IMG/VR virus record: IMGVR_UViG_3300027899_001695
Span: 1 to 64,000 of that record
DNA from: a virus
DNA: 64,000 nt
Direction: 5' to 3' (one strand)
In this document: in pieces, positions 18,691 through 28,318 of the stretch
Numbering within the stretch: position 1 is the stretch's first letter
Layout: each line of letters starts with the position of its first letter
The notes under the pieces: model-generated
The model's input: only the letters and a program-made list of their open reading frames with translations
Told to the model about the DNA's origin: nothing
Databases searched by the model: none
Position numbers and translations under genes: made by a program

Positions 18691-19687
18691 AGAAGATGTA
18701 GAGAATGCATTAGAAGTAGCAAAGAAATCCATGAAGGGGTCTATTTCTATGGGGGATGCCCCAGAACTGATACTTCAAAAAGTACCTTTTAACATACCTG
18801 TGTTAGATAATTTATTAAAAGGCGGATTAAAAAGAAAAGGAATGCATATATTTACAGGAGCCTTTTCTACTTGTAAGAGTTTTTTAGCTCAGAAAGCAAT
18901 TGCTTCTGTACAAAGTAGAGGAGGGGGAGCTGTTTATATTGATACAGAAAGACGTTTTGACCCTGACTGGTTCACTTTGTCGGGAGTCAATATTAAAGAT
19001 TTAATTGTAGCTACTCCTTTACATGGTGAGGAAGCTGTGGATGTAGCGATTAACTTCTTAGAGGCTGAAATTGACCTTGTGGTTTTTGATTCCTTTGCTG
19101 CTTTAATTCCCATTGAAGAATATGAAGAGGGAATGGAGCAGAAGTTCATAGGTTTACAGGCGAGAATGTTAAATAAAGCTATTAAAAAGATGATTCCAGC
19201 CAATACTAATTCTGTTGTTATTGCAACTAATCAAACTAGGGCCGATATAGGTAGTCATTTTAATGCTGGTATACAAGAAAATCTTGTGGGTGGAAAAGGA
19301 CAGTATTATGAGGCTTCTTTGATTCTACAGACACGTAGAAGGGGATGGTTGACTGAAACTAAAGAAGGCAAAATAGTAGAAAATGAAAAGGCATCAAAAG
19401 ATACCAAAAAAGTTGGTTTTGTTGTAGAATGTTTCTTACAGAAATGTAATTATGCCCCGCCTTTTACATTTTGTCAAATTCCGTTTAATTTCTATAAAGG
19501 AGCTTTGGATAATGTAGCGGCTATTATTGATTTAGCAGTCGATTCAGGCAAGATTATTCAAAAAGGTCCTTGGTATAAGTATAAGGAAGAGAAATTTATG
19601 GGAAGACAGGCTGTTGTAGATTTCTTTGAGAAGCCTGAAAATCAAGAAGCTTTTGAAACGCTTAAATCAGAGATTATTAATAGTTGA
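18683..19687 (+). CDS. recA: RecA/UvsX-like recombinase
   Basis: YIDTE, VVFDSFAAL, GLQARML, TNQTR, GGKG, KGPWY. Confidence 0.9.
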   Translation: MTKEDVENALEVAKKSMKGSISMGDAPELILQKVPFNIPVLDNLLKGGLKRKGMHIFTGAFSTCKSFLAQKAIASVQSRGGGAVYIDTERRFDPDWFTLSGVNIKDLIVATPLHGEEAVDVAINFLEAEIDLVVFDSFAALIPIEEYEEGMEQKFIGLQARMLNKAIKKMIPANTNSVVIATNQTRADIGSHFNAGIQENLVGGKGQYYEASLILQTRRRGWLTETKEGKIVENEKASKDTKKVGFVVECFLQKCNYAPPFTFCQIPFNFYKGALDNVAAIIDLAVDSGKIIQKGPWYKYKEEKFMGRQAVVDFFEKPENQEAFETLKSEIINS

Positions 19688-19731
19688 TATACTGATTTTA
19701 GTTGTAGAGATAAATAAGGTATAATTATACT

Positions 19732-20745
19732 ATGATTAAAGAAGACCGTTGGGAATGGCGAGAATGCAAGAAGTGTTCTTATAAATTTAAAGTAAGAATA
19801 AAGCACCCTAAGCAATACTGCTCTTTAAAATGCCGTCTTGCAGATATAGAAGGACCAAAAAATCCTAATTATAATAATAAATGGTCTGTGCAACAGAAAA
19901 CACAGGCGAGAGATAGAGTTAAAAATTGTATTATATTAGGGCAGTTTCCAATTTATACGAATACTAAACCGCATTTAAAATTAGAAAGCTTATTACAGGA
20001 ACTGGATTTCAAAGTAGACAAAGAGGTCTGTTTTGGTGGTTTTTTGGTAGATTGTTTTTTACCTGAGTTCCATGTTGCTTTAGAAGCAGATGGTCCTTTT
20101 CATTCTAAACGAAGAGATAGAAAGAGAGATTCCTTTATATTAGAAAATTATAATGTTCCTATATTACGGTTTGAATCAACTGTATTAATGAATCCAATGA
20201 AAGAGCTAGATATTAAAAACAGTATTCTTAGTTTTGTGGATACTTATAAAGGAAGTGTTAAAGAAAGAGAGCAAGATAGTAAGTTAAAAGAATTTGGAGC
20301 AGTTATAACTAAAGATTTTAAATCATGGAAAAAAGATAAAATGCGAAAACAAGACACTTCAACAGGCGTATTATATTGGGTGGCTCTAGAATACAAACAG
20401 TTTATTTGTCCAACTTGTGGAAAAAACATGTTAGTTGCAGAGACTGATAAAAGAAAGTATTGTTCATCATTCTGTGCTAATAAAAGACCAAATCGTGCTT
20501 ATGCTCTTAAGATAGTGTTGTGCAAGTTCTGTAAAAAAGCGTTTAAAAGCAATGATTGGAAAACTAGGAAGTATTGTTCTCACGATTGTTATAAACAAGA
20601 TATTCCAAGTTGGAATACAGGTTTAACCAAGGAGACTTCAACTAAATTAAAACTAATTGGCGAGCATATTAGTAAAGCTAAATGTGAACAAAGTGCGAAT
20701 AAGTTAAATAAGTGTAAAAAAGAAGGAGATAACCCATTTGAATAA
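19732..20745 (+). CDS. Free-standing homing endonuclease, DUF559-like with zinc-binding repeats
   Basis: VDCFL...ALEADGPFH...RDSF; repeated C..C...KYCS..C; WNTGLTKET motif shared with gene 1-663. Confidence 0.75.
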   Translation: MIKEDRWEWRECKKCSYKFKVRIKHPKQYCSLKCRLADIEGPKNPNYNNKWSVQQKTQARDRVKNCIILGQFPIYTNTKPHLKLESLLQELDFKVDKEVCFGGFLVDCFLPEFHVALEADGPFHSKRRDRKRDSFILENYNVPILRFESTVLMNPMKELDIKNSILSFVDTYKGSVKEREQDSKLKEFGAVITKDFKSWKKDKMRKQDTSTGVLYWVALEYKQFICPTCGKNMLVAETDKRKYCSSFCANKRPNRAYALKIVLCKFCKKAFKSNDWKTRKYCSHDCYKQDIPSWNTGLTKETSTKLKLIGEHISKAKCEQSANKLNKCKKEGDNPFE

Positions 20746-21436
20746 GGGAATAAAAGCAATTATGGAGACACGAAATCCAAAGCAATGGTTGGAAGGAGCA
20801 ATTGATAACTATCTGGAGACAAAGCCAGTAGAACAACGAATAGGGAGTCATTTTCATCCCTCAAGTGCTGGAAAATGCCCACGAAGTATTCAATTAACAA
20901 TGGCAGGAGTTTTAACTTCCAAGCATGAGGCTAGAATTCTTCGTATCTTTGATACAGGTCATGATATGCATGATAAATATGGTAGATACTTTGAGAAAAT
21001 GGGTATATTAGTCTCTAAAGAAGCGGACGTATTCTATGAAAGAGATGGAGTAGTAATAAAGGGTAATTGTGACTATGTAGTTAAAGATGACACTAATAGG
21101 CCACATATTCTAGAATTAAAGTCTATCAATGCTAGAGGTTTTAATGATTTATGGGTTACAAATGTTCCTCATACGAATCACTTTTTACAATGGAATGTAT
21201 ATTCTGGTTGTTTAAAGATTCCTTTGGGTGAGATTTTATATGAGAATAAAGATGACCAGAATATGAAGATATTTAGTGTTGCTTTTAATGAAGCACAGTT
21301 TGAAGAAACCTTTGCAATATTTAAAAGTATTCATGAGTATACTCAAAAAGGACTATTAGTGCCGATTCCTTCGAAATGTAATGATAAATACTGTCCTGCC
21401 AAGCAAATATGTAGTAAGGAGAGGGCAACAAGATGA
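20738..21436 (+). CDS. Cas4-like PD-(D/E)xK exonuclease
   Basis: HPSSAGKCPR, GNCD...LELKS, Q...Y, C-terminal C...C.....C. Confidence 0.8.
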   Translation: MNKGIKAIMETRNPKQWLEGAIDNYLETKPVEQRIGSHFHPSSAGKCPRSIQLTMAGVLTSKHEARILRIFDTGHDMHDKYGRYFEKMGILVSKEADVFYERDGVVIKGNCDYVVKDDTNRPHILELKSINARGFNDLWVTNVPHTNHFLQWNVYSGCLKIPLGEILYENKDDQNMKIFSVAFNEAQFEETFAIFKSIHEYTQKGLLVPIPSKCNDKYCPAKQICSKERATR

Positions 21437-21924
21437 GTGAAGAAATAATCTTAAAACCATTACGAGAGAAGATAAGTAAATTTCCCTTACCCCAAAAACC
21501 AGTTACATTTGGGCAGTCTTATGTCTTTCCAGAAGACGCTACGGTGCTTACATCTCCACAATTGGGTAATTGGATGTTTAAATTGGCGGGATGGAAAGGA
21601 TATGCTTTGCACCAACTCGCTTTTGTAGAGATGGACGTAGCGGTTATGGAAGATGTGTATACAACAAAAATGGAAATGGCGATGTCACAGGTACAATCAG
21701 AGAAAAAGCTTGTAAAAGAAACCCTAAGAGGACAAGTTATGACTTCAAATAGAGAGATAAATGAGTTAAAGGCTCGTTGTATGGAAAGAGCAGGAACATT
21801 AGCTGCTTTAAAACGTATAGTGGAACTTTATACTATACAATTAGAGATTGTTAGTAGGGAACTCACTCGTAGGACGTATGACTTAAAGCTTATGCAGAAA
21901 GGAATACAGAATTTTGACGATTAA
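21433..21924 (+). CDS. Coiled-coil protein, possibly UvsY-like recombination mediator
   Basis: Helical, ends SRELTRR; near RecA and exonuclease. Confidence 0.4.
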   Translation: MSEEIILKPLREKISKFPLPQKPVTFGQSYVFPEDATVLTSPQLGNWMFKLAGWKGYALHQLAFVEMDVAVMEDVYTTKMEMAMSQVQSEKKLVKETLRGQVMTSNREINELKARCMERAGTLAALKRIVELYTIQLEIVSRELTRRTYDLKLMQKGIQNFDD

Positions 21925-22351
21925 AGTTATATATGGAAAGTATCACTCGGTTCCTTGTAAATTTGTTATTACAGAGGAACAGATTAACGAGGCTAAAGAG
22001 GCTATGCAATATCTAAATAATTGCAAATGGCAAGGAAATTTACAGATTAATATTAAACCAGACAAGATTTATCATGAAAATGCTAAAGAACTGCTACAGG
22101 AACTAAATGCTTTTATTTATGTGGATAAAGAGTTCATGAGTTTATCTTATGATGGCTATGAAGGCGTTGATTATATTACAGAGATGCTGGATATTAGGAA
22201 ACTCCCAAAGATGTGGGCCTCAACCTCTTTTATGGATAACTTGACAGATAAGTACGGTGGTGATATAATAGACAGGCGTTTATTATCAGATGAAGATAAA
22301 GAGAATTTAAGACATTTAACTATTATGTATAAATTAGAGGAGAGCCAATAA
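21914..22351 (+). CDS. Hypothetical protein
   Basis: Tiled ORF. Confidence 0.5.
   Translation: MTIKVIYGKYHSVPCKFVITEEQINEAKEAMQYLNNCKWQGNLQINIKPDKIYHENAKELLQELNAFIYVDKEFMSLSYDGYEGVDYITEMLDIRKLPKMWASTSFMDNLTDKYGGDIIDRRLLSDEDKENLRHLTIMYKLEESQ
22241..22269 (+). promoter_or_regulatory. Perfect sigma70 promoter with extended -10, inside CDS
   Basis: TTGACA-N17-TATAAT, preceded by TGn. Confidence 0.7.
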
Positions 22352-22662
22352 TGGGCATGTTTAATATTGTAAAACTTCTTATTCCTTGCCCAAATTGCGG
22401 AAAAGAAGTAGGAGAATTGCAGACAAAAGATGATTATTATGAAGCGTTATATTTGGAACAGGTCGAATTGTGGATGATACGGGAATGCCACACTATTTGT
22501 CCTCATTGTAATGCTTGGATTGAGATTAAATTAAAGAAAGAAAAGATGATGGAATTGACTCTTGCTGATTATGATATAACAACTCGACCATTAGGAGAAT
22601 TTAAAGAGGTGAAATTAAATGAGGAACCCAAACAGAATAGTGCCAATAATGTGTCTAATTGA
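22351..22662 (+). CDS. Zinc-ribbon protein
   Basis: MGMF..V...CPNCG..QTKD...CPHC. Confidence 0.6.
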   Translation: MGMFNIVKLLIPCPNCGKEVGELQTKDDYYEALYLEQVELWMIRECHTICPHCNAWIEIKLKKEKMMELTLADYDITTRPLGEFKEVKLNEEPKQNSANNVSN

Positions 22663-22813
22663 AACAATATGGAAACGAAACCCAGATTTAAGACTTTGTC
22701 AGTTGATTGGTAATGCTACGTTTGATAAACGAGATAATTATAGCATTGAAGATGACGAATTAGAGAAAAGATTAAAGGAGTTATATTGTGCCGATAAAAA
22801 AGAAGTTATTTAA
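22619..22813 (+). CDS. Conserved small phage protein (MRNPNRI...PDLRLCQL family)
   Basis: Recognisable phage motif. Confidence 0.65.
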   Translation: MRNPNRIVPIMCLIETIWKRNPDLRLCQLIGNATFDKRDNYSIEDDELEKRLKELYCADKKEVI

Positions 22814-23792
22814 TGCCCCTGTAGTACTCTCATTTGGGAGTGGCGCAGGAAAGATAATCTCAAAGATTGAGACTCCTATGGGGGTTTATAAAATTGCAGT
22901 TAATTCATCTGAAAGAGATTTGCAGATGATTGATACTAGAGTAGATGAAACCGTAGTTTGTGGACAAGGCATTGGTAGTGGTATGGACCCTACACAAGGT
23001 CGTGAGGATTTATATAATGGTCTTCGTAAGGTCTTTAAATACATTGATGACGCTTGTTATGAAGCAAAGGCTACAGATGTGGATATTATTCCAATTATTT
23101 CTTCTCTTGGGCATGGTTTTGGTAGCGGTAGTCTTACATCTGCCATTGGAGAATTACAGAGAAGGTATAAAAATGCTATTATATTGCCTTTTGTGGTGAC
23201 CCCGTTTACTTGGGAAGGTACAGAAGTAATAAAAAGAGCTTATGAAAGCCTAAAAGAGGCTACAGATGTTAGTCCTTGTTTTGTAATTTCAAATGAAGAG
23301 GTAGGAAATGTATACAAAGATATTGGAGCCAGTTATGAATCTATCAATGGGCTTATTGGAGACAGCATTTCTGTTATCCTTAGGAGCTTTTCTGCTACAG
23401 AAGGGGTATTACAAACTATTGATAGGAACGATTTTAGTAAGTTTTTCATTAGGGATATTGCTACTATTCGTCATATGCGTATTAAGTCTGCTAAAGATTT
23501 AACCTTTGATGATATAAAGGAAAACATTGGCAAGAGATGGCTAAAGATTGATGCTAAGATGTTTAAACCTATTAGTAAGCTCAATGTAACCTATATTCTT
23601 GATGGAAAAGGTCCTTTTAGCCCCAAAGTTTTACAGGAATTGCAGGAAAACGCCACAAAGAAAGATTATATCAATAAAGAGTATATTAAACCTTTACTTA
23701 TTGAACGTAAGAAGGTTAAATATTGTGACTTTGTCTGGATGGAATCTGGGTTTAAATTAAAGTGCGATAAAAACATTTATGGTGAATACTAA
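22788..23792 (+). CDS. Divergent tubulin/FtsZ-family GTPase
   Basis: FGSGAGK (T1), AVNS, GSGMDPTQG (T3), SLGHGFGSG (T4), PFTWEG, ISNE, IDRNDF (T7). Confidence 0.85.
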   Translation: MPIKKKLFNAPVVLSFGSGAGKIISKIETPMGVYKIAVNSSERDLQMIDTRVDETVVCGQGIGSGMDPTQGREDLYNGLRKVFKYIDDACYEAKATDVDIIPIISSLGHGFGSGSLTSAIGELQRRYKNAIILPFVVTPFTWEGTEVIKRAYESLKEATDVSPCFVISNEEVGNVYKDIGASYESINGLIGDSISVILRSFSATEGVLQTIDRNDFSKFFIRDIATIRHMRIKSAKDLTFDDIKENIGKRWLKIDAKMFKPISKLNVTYILDGKGPFSPKVLQELQENATKKDYINKEYIKPLLIERKKVKYCDFVWMESGFKLKCDKNIYGEY

Positions 23793-23816
23793 TATTTGCT
23801 TTGAAAGAATTAAAAA

Positions 23817-24119
23817 TTGCGGAGAAAAAGAAAGATGATAATAATACCAGATAAAACAAAAGTAGTTTATTTGATAGACTCTCATCCTGACACACCAGAA
23901 GATGCCGAGTATATGGAAGTGAGTGAATGTGATACTATTGAGATAGCAGATAAAGAAGAATGGAATATTATTTATCAAGGGTATAATGCTACGTATAGAA
24001 TTGGATTTTCAAGATGGGCGGATTGGAATTTATATTGGGTGCAATATCCATTTTCTCAATATTTAGAAGACTTAATTAAATTAAAAATTGCGGAGAAAGA
24101 AAAGAATGGAAAAGATTAA
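23817..24119 (+). CDS. Hypothetical protein (likely start 23835)
   Basis: GGAG RBS before ATG 23835. Confidence 0.5.
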   Translation: MRRKRKMIIIPDKTKVVYLIDSHPDTPEDAEYMEVSECDTIEIADKEEWNIIYQGYNATYRIGFSRWADWNLYWVQYPFSQYLEDLIKLKIAEKEKNGKD

Positions 24120-24260
24120 GATTAGACATATGGCAAATGGTGGCACATATTCTTCTTATGACTTAGCAGTAATGAACGCTTTTAATCAAATGGCTGAATA
24201 TATTAATCCTATGATTGATGAAATTGAGGAAAGATTAAAAAAGTTGGAGGAAGAAAAGAA

Positions 24261-24482
24261 ATGAAAACAGAGTTAGATTTAAGATGGGCAAACCCAGAGT
24301 CCAATAATATTGCAGAGCGTCATTCTTTTCTCGGTGTTAGACTATATCCAGAAACAAATGCAGAGTTTGCTGCTTTAAGACAGTTAGTAACTTATTGTGA
24401 GGATATAAAAGAAATGGGTAGTTTTGGTACTATTCATTATTTAATAAAGTTAGAAGAAAAATCGGAGAAAGAAAAGAAATGA
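24261..24482 (+). CDS. Hypothetical protein
   Basis: GGAGG RBS. Confidence 0.5.
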   Translation: MKTELDLRWANPESNNIAERHSFLGVRLYPETNAEFAALRQLVTYCEDIKEMGSFGTIHYLIKLEEKSEKEKK

Positions 24483-24626
24483 AATTAGTAGGATTTGGAT
24501 TAACTCTTGTGTGTCTATCTTTAGGGATGTTTGTATTACTTGTAAACAACCTTCCTCAAACAATCGGTCAATTATGTTTTGCAGTTAATATGATTTGTTT
24601 AGGAATATGTTTTAGGAGTGCTTTAA

Positions 24627-24926
24627 TTGGATAAGATAAAACGTCATAAAGAGATTTGCGATTTGCTTCATGATACTTATAAGAAGAAGAATGAGGCATA
24701 TGGAGACTCCTTTGGGAAAACTTTTAAGGAATTAGGAATAATATCTGCAGTAACTCGTATATATGATAAGGTAAATCGTATATCAGCCTTGACACGGGGA
24801 GCTAAAAATGATATAATAGATGAGTCAATATTAGATACTCTTTTGGACCTTTCGAACTATGCAATAATGAGTATAATTGAGGTTGAAGCGAATGCAAGAA
24901 AAGATAATAATAGCATACCCCAGTAA
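24627..24926 (+). CDS. DUF1599/nucleotide-modification-associated domain protein
   Basis: KKNEAYGDSF...RIYDKVNR...ESILDTLLDLSNYAIM. Confidence 0.8.
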   Translation: MDKIKRHKEICDLLHDTYKKKNEAYGDSFGKTFKELGIISAVTRIYDKVNRISALTRGAKNDIIDESILDTLLDLSNYAIMSIIEVEANARKDNNSIPQ

Positions 24927-25206
24927 TAATATTTGGGCTAAAATAAAGAAATTTATTATTACCCACTTTTTTCCTACTCGTTGTTATGAGTGCAGTTGTA
25001 TTGATTGTCAAATGGGTGAGGATGGAAGAGAATATTGGTACTGTCCACATTTAAATGCTGATATATGCACAATATGTTGTGTTTATGATTCATTGGGTGA
25101 AAATTATCCAGAATGTGTCTCTTGTGAACATGATAAAGATAGAGCACTTTTTGATGATGGCAATGGTTATAGTTTAAATGATTTATGGGAACCAAAGGAG
25201 GAATAG
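24877..25206 (+). CDS. Cys-rich hypothetical protein
   Basis: Multiple CxxC. Confidence 0.45.
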   Translation: MRLKRMQEKIIIAYPSNNIWAKIKKFIITHFFPTRCYECSCIDCQMGEDGREYWYCPHLNADICTICCVYDSLGENYPECVSCEHDKDRALFDDGNGYSLNDLWEPKEE

Positions 25207-26305
25207 TTTGAAATACACTTACTTATTACCAGGATTTAGTTTTTATGATGGTTGCATCTTCTACCGCAATTATCAACCAGCATTGGCAATGCAGAAATTA
25301 GGGCATCAGGTAGATTTTACTCTTCTTAACCCGCAATTTAATCGAGAGAAATTGCTTAATTTGGATTTTGTCATATTTAGTAGGTACTACCCAATGGATT
25401 TATCTCCGTTGGTGCTTTATCTTAAAAGAAATGGGGTAAAGATAGTTTATGAGACGGACGATGATTTGGAGAATATCCCACCTACTAATCCCACTAAGAA
25501 AATTATAGAACAGTTCTTAGAATCAGTTTATATGCTAGGAAATGCGTGTGATTTAATTACTACAACTACTCCTTATTATGCTAAACAGTTAGAAAAAAGA
25601 TACCCTACTAAACCTGTAAAAATTGTTCCTAATTGTATTGATTTTAATATGTTTAAACCTAGACAGCATTCTGATAGATTAAAAATAGGATGGGCAGGAG
25701 GTGTTACACATTGTACTGATTTAGCAGAAATGCTTGATGCTATCATTAAACTTCAAACAAAACATGAGTTTGATTTTCTGGTTAATGGTATTAGTGCTAA
25801 TCCTATTGAGGCTCAGGCTTTTGATTGGGAAAAATCATGCGAGCTAGGATTAATGAATCCGAATGATGTTTTTGTTAAAACAGGATTAGCTTTTGTTAGA
25901 AAATTACCGCAAATAAAGAACTTTAATTTTTATCCTTTTTATCCTACTGTAATGTACCCAACTATCCTAACTAAGATGGATTTAGATATAGGTATTGCTC
26001 CAGTTGGAGATAATGTATTTTCTAGGTCAAAAAGCAATCTTAAAATGTATGAATATGCTGCTGTAGAAAGTTTAACACTAGCCTCTAATGTAATTCCCTA
26101 TAATACTGAAATGACCCACCCAGAGTGTTTAGTAGAAAATACAGTAGAAGATTGGCACGATAAATTAGAAATGTTTATTAAAGATAAGTCCTTAAGAGAG
26201 AAAACACAGAAAGAACAAACAAAGTGGGTAAAAGAAAATAGAGATAATGATAAAATTGTAAAACAATGGGAAACAACCTTTGAAGAAATGCTGGATACAA
26301 AATAA
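25178..26305 (+). CDS. GT-B glycosyltransferase (GT4-like)
   Basis: YETDDDL, VPNCID, IGWAGG..H, DIGIAP...FSRSKSNLKMYEY. Confidence 0.85.
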   Translation: MIYGNQRRNSLKYTYLLPGFSFYDGCIFYRNYQPALAMQKLGHQVDFTLLNPQFNREKLLNLDFVIFSRYYPMDLSPLVLYLKRNGVKIVYETDDDLENIPPTNPTKKIIEQFLESVYMLGNACDLITTTTPYYAKQLEKRYPTKPVKIVPNCIDFNMFKPRQHSDRLKIGWAGGVTHCTDLAEMLDAIIKLQTKHEFDFLVNGISANPIEAQAFDWEKSCELGLMNPNDVFVKTGLAFVRKLPQIKNFNFYPFYPTVMYPTILTKMDLDIGIAPVGDNVFSRSKSNLKMYEYAAVESLTLASNVIPYNTEMTHPECLVENTVEDWHDKLEMFIKDKSLREKTQKEQTKWVKENRDNDKIVKQWETTFEEMLDTK

Positions 26306-26820
26306 TGCATGCTTCTGCTTCAGAAAATATACAAAGATTTATTAATAAATATCTTGAAGATAAAAAAGATAAAGAATTGCTTATATTAGATGTAGGTAGT
26401 TCTAGTAGCGGTGGTTCTTGTAGTAATTTATTTAAGCAAGGGAAATGGGTTTATGAAGGACTTGATATACATCCTGATACTAATACTACTATTGTTGTAT
26501 CTGACCCTTACCATTGGAAGGAAGTTGATTCGAATAAATATGATGTAGTTATTTCTACTTCTACATTTGAACATATTGCGTATTTCTGGGATACAGCCTT
26601 AGAAATGGCACGAGTATTAAAACAAGATGGTTTTTGTTGCATTGTAGCCCCTTCTACTGGGGAGATTCATAATTTTCCAATAGATTGTTATAGATTTTAT
26701 CCAGATGGTATGAAAAGCATTGCTAAATATGCAAACTTAAATGTGCTAGAGGCATATATAGACCCTACAGATGCTAAATGGAATGATTGTGTGTTAGTTT
26801 GTAAGAAAGGAGCTGTTTAA
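26305..26820 (+). CDS. Class I SAM-dependent methyltransferase
   Basis: ILDVGS, DVVISTSTFEH, RVLKQDG, H.FPIDCYRF. Confidence 0.85.
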   Translation: MHASASENIQRFINKYLEDKKDKELLILDVGSSSSGGSCSNLFKQGKWVYEGLDIHPDTNTTIVVSDPYHWKEVDSNKYDVVISTSTFEHIAYFWDTALEMARVLKQDGFCCIVAPSTGEIHNFPIDCYRFYPDGMKSIAKYANLNVLEAYIDPTDAKWNDCVLVCKKGAV

Positions 26821-27407
26821 TGGAACCAAAATATATAAGTGGTCATTCTGCTTGGGTAGAGAACATCCCTTTTGTGTTTGAGTTAGTAAAAGAACGAAAG
26901 CCTCAAATTATTGTAGAATTAGGAGTGCACTATGGAGATTCCTATTTTGCTTTCTGTCAAGCTGTTAAAGAGTGTTCGTTATCAACTTCTGTTTTTGGAA
27001 TTGACTTATTTGAAGGGGATGATTTAACAGGATATTATGGTCGTGAGGTATACCAACAAGTTATAAAATATAATGAAGATAACTATGCACCTAATTGTAG
27101 TATCTTCAAAATGTCTTTTGATAAAGCGGCTACTCAATTTAAGGATTTAGATATTGATATCTTGCATATTGATGGAAGTCACTATTATGATGATATTAAA
27201 CATGATTTCTATATATGGTTACCAAAAGTTAAAGAAGGAGGGGTAATTCTTTTACACGATATTAAAGTATTAAAAGAAAGGTATGGTGTATGGAAATTCT
27301 GGAAAGAACTAAAAGAGATTTTTGAATGCAAGGAAATTGATAATCAATATGGTTTAGGTATAGTGTATATAAAAAAAGCGGAGGAAAAGAAAAATGAAAG
27401 CAAGTAA
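26820..27407 (+). CDS. Class I SAM-dependent methyltransferase (Methyltransf_24-like)
   Basis: VELGVHYGDS, IDILHIDGSHYY, GGVILLHD. Confidence 0.85.
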   Translation: MEPKYISGHSAWVENIPFVFELVKERKPQIIVELGVHYGDSYFAFCQAVKECSLSTSVFGIDLFEGDDLTGYYGREVYQQVIKYNEDNYAPNCSIFKMSFDKAATQFKDLDIDILHIDGSHYYDDIKHDFYIWLPKVKEGGVILLHDIKVLKERYGVWKFWKELKEIFECKEIDNQYGLGIVYIKKAEEKKNESK

Positions 27408-27845
27408 GTATGATAAGTGTAAGTATCCTCCTTGTAATGGTAGTGTTACAGGGCCTTATGCTCAGGTAGGTCTATGTAACCGTCATGGAGAGCAGTTAGA
27501 GTTCTTGTTATGGGCTCTTAATGTAGTTAAAATGTCAGAAGAAGTACCAGAACAGAAAGACTCTAGTATAAAGATAAAATAATGAAAGCCTTACTGTATG
27601 ATGATAATAATAAAGTAGTAGCTTACTCTTTGATTGACCCAGTTAATATGTATCCTGGAGATACTTTAACAATAAAATGGAATTTAACTTTTAATAATCA
27701 TAGCATTTGTGACTATTGTGGAAAAGTGATGGCGCATGAAAAAGATGAGAGAATACTACAGATGACTGAAGTTAAGGGGAATTATTATTATTTATGTGGG
27801 CTGAGATGTAAAATATTAACATCCTTAAAACAGGCGTTAGCATGA
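27394..27845 (+). CDS. Two small Cys-containing hypothetical proteins (27394-27582, 27582-27845)
   Basis: Tiled ORFs with coupled stop/start. Confidence 0.5.
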
Positions 27846-28318
27846 GGGTAGTAGGTATAGATATAGATAGTAGGAAGTTTGGAGCCGTCTTATTAGAAAA
27901 TGGTAAATGGGCAGGAGATTGTTTTCATCTTTCTACTTCTAAGAATGTAGATGATAGAATTACAGTACTTTATGATGAGGTAGAGAAACTCTTAATAAGA
28001 TGGGCCCCAGATAAGGTTTATATTGAGGAAGTAATTTATATACAGTCATTTAACGCTACAAAAGCGATAGCTGAAGTTGTAGGGAACTGCAAATCTATTT
28101 GTAGAATTCATAAAATTGCTTATGAGACAGTACCAAATAAAACGTGGAAAAAAGAAATAGTTGGTAATGGTAATTGCTCCAAAGAAGATACAAAGAAGTT
28201 TATTGAGAAGTTAAATCCGATGTTCGTAGGAAGAAAAGAAGATTGCTACGATGCCTACGGTTTGTGTTTACTAGGGACAAAAAGAATGAGTAAGGAGAAA
28301 AATGGCAAAGTGGAATGA
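27842..28318 (+). CDS. RuvC-like Holliday junction resolvase
   Basis: VVGIDID, VYIEE, WKK...GNGNCSKE, DCYDAYG. Confidence 0.85.
   Translation: MRVVGIDIDSRKFGAVLLENGKWAGDCFHLSTSKNVDDRITVLYDEVEKLLIRWAPDKVYIEEVIYIQSFNATKAIAEVVGNCKSICRIHKIAYETVPNKTWKKEIVGNGNCSKEDTKKFIEKLNPMFVGRKEDCYDAYGLCLLGTKRMSKEKNGKVE

Noticed and set aside
20738-21436. Cas4-like gene as evidence of a CRISPR system
   Set aside because: No repeat-spacer array or other cas genes; solo Cas4-like nucleases are common in phage replication modules
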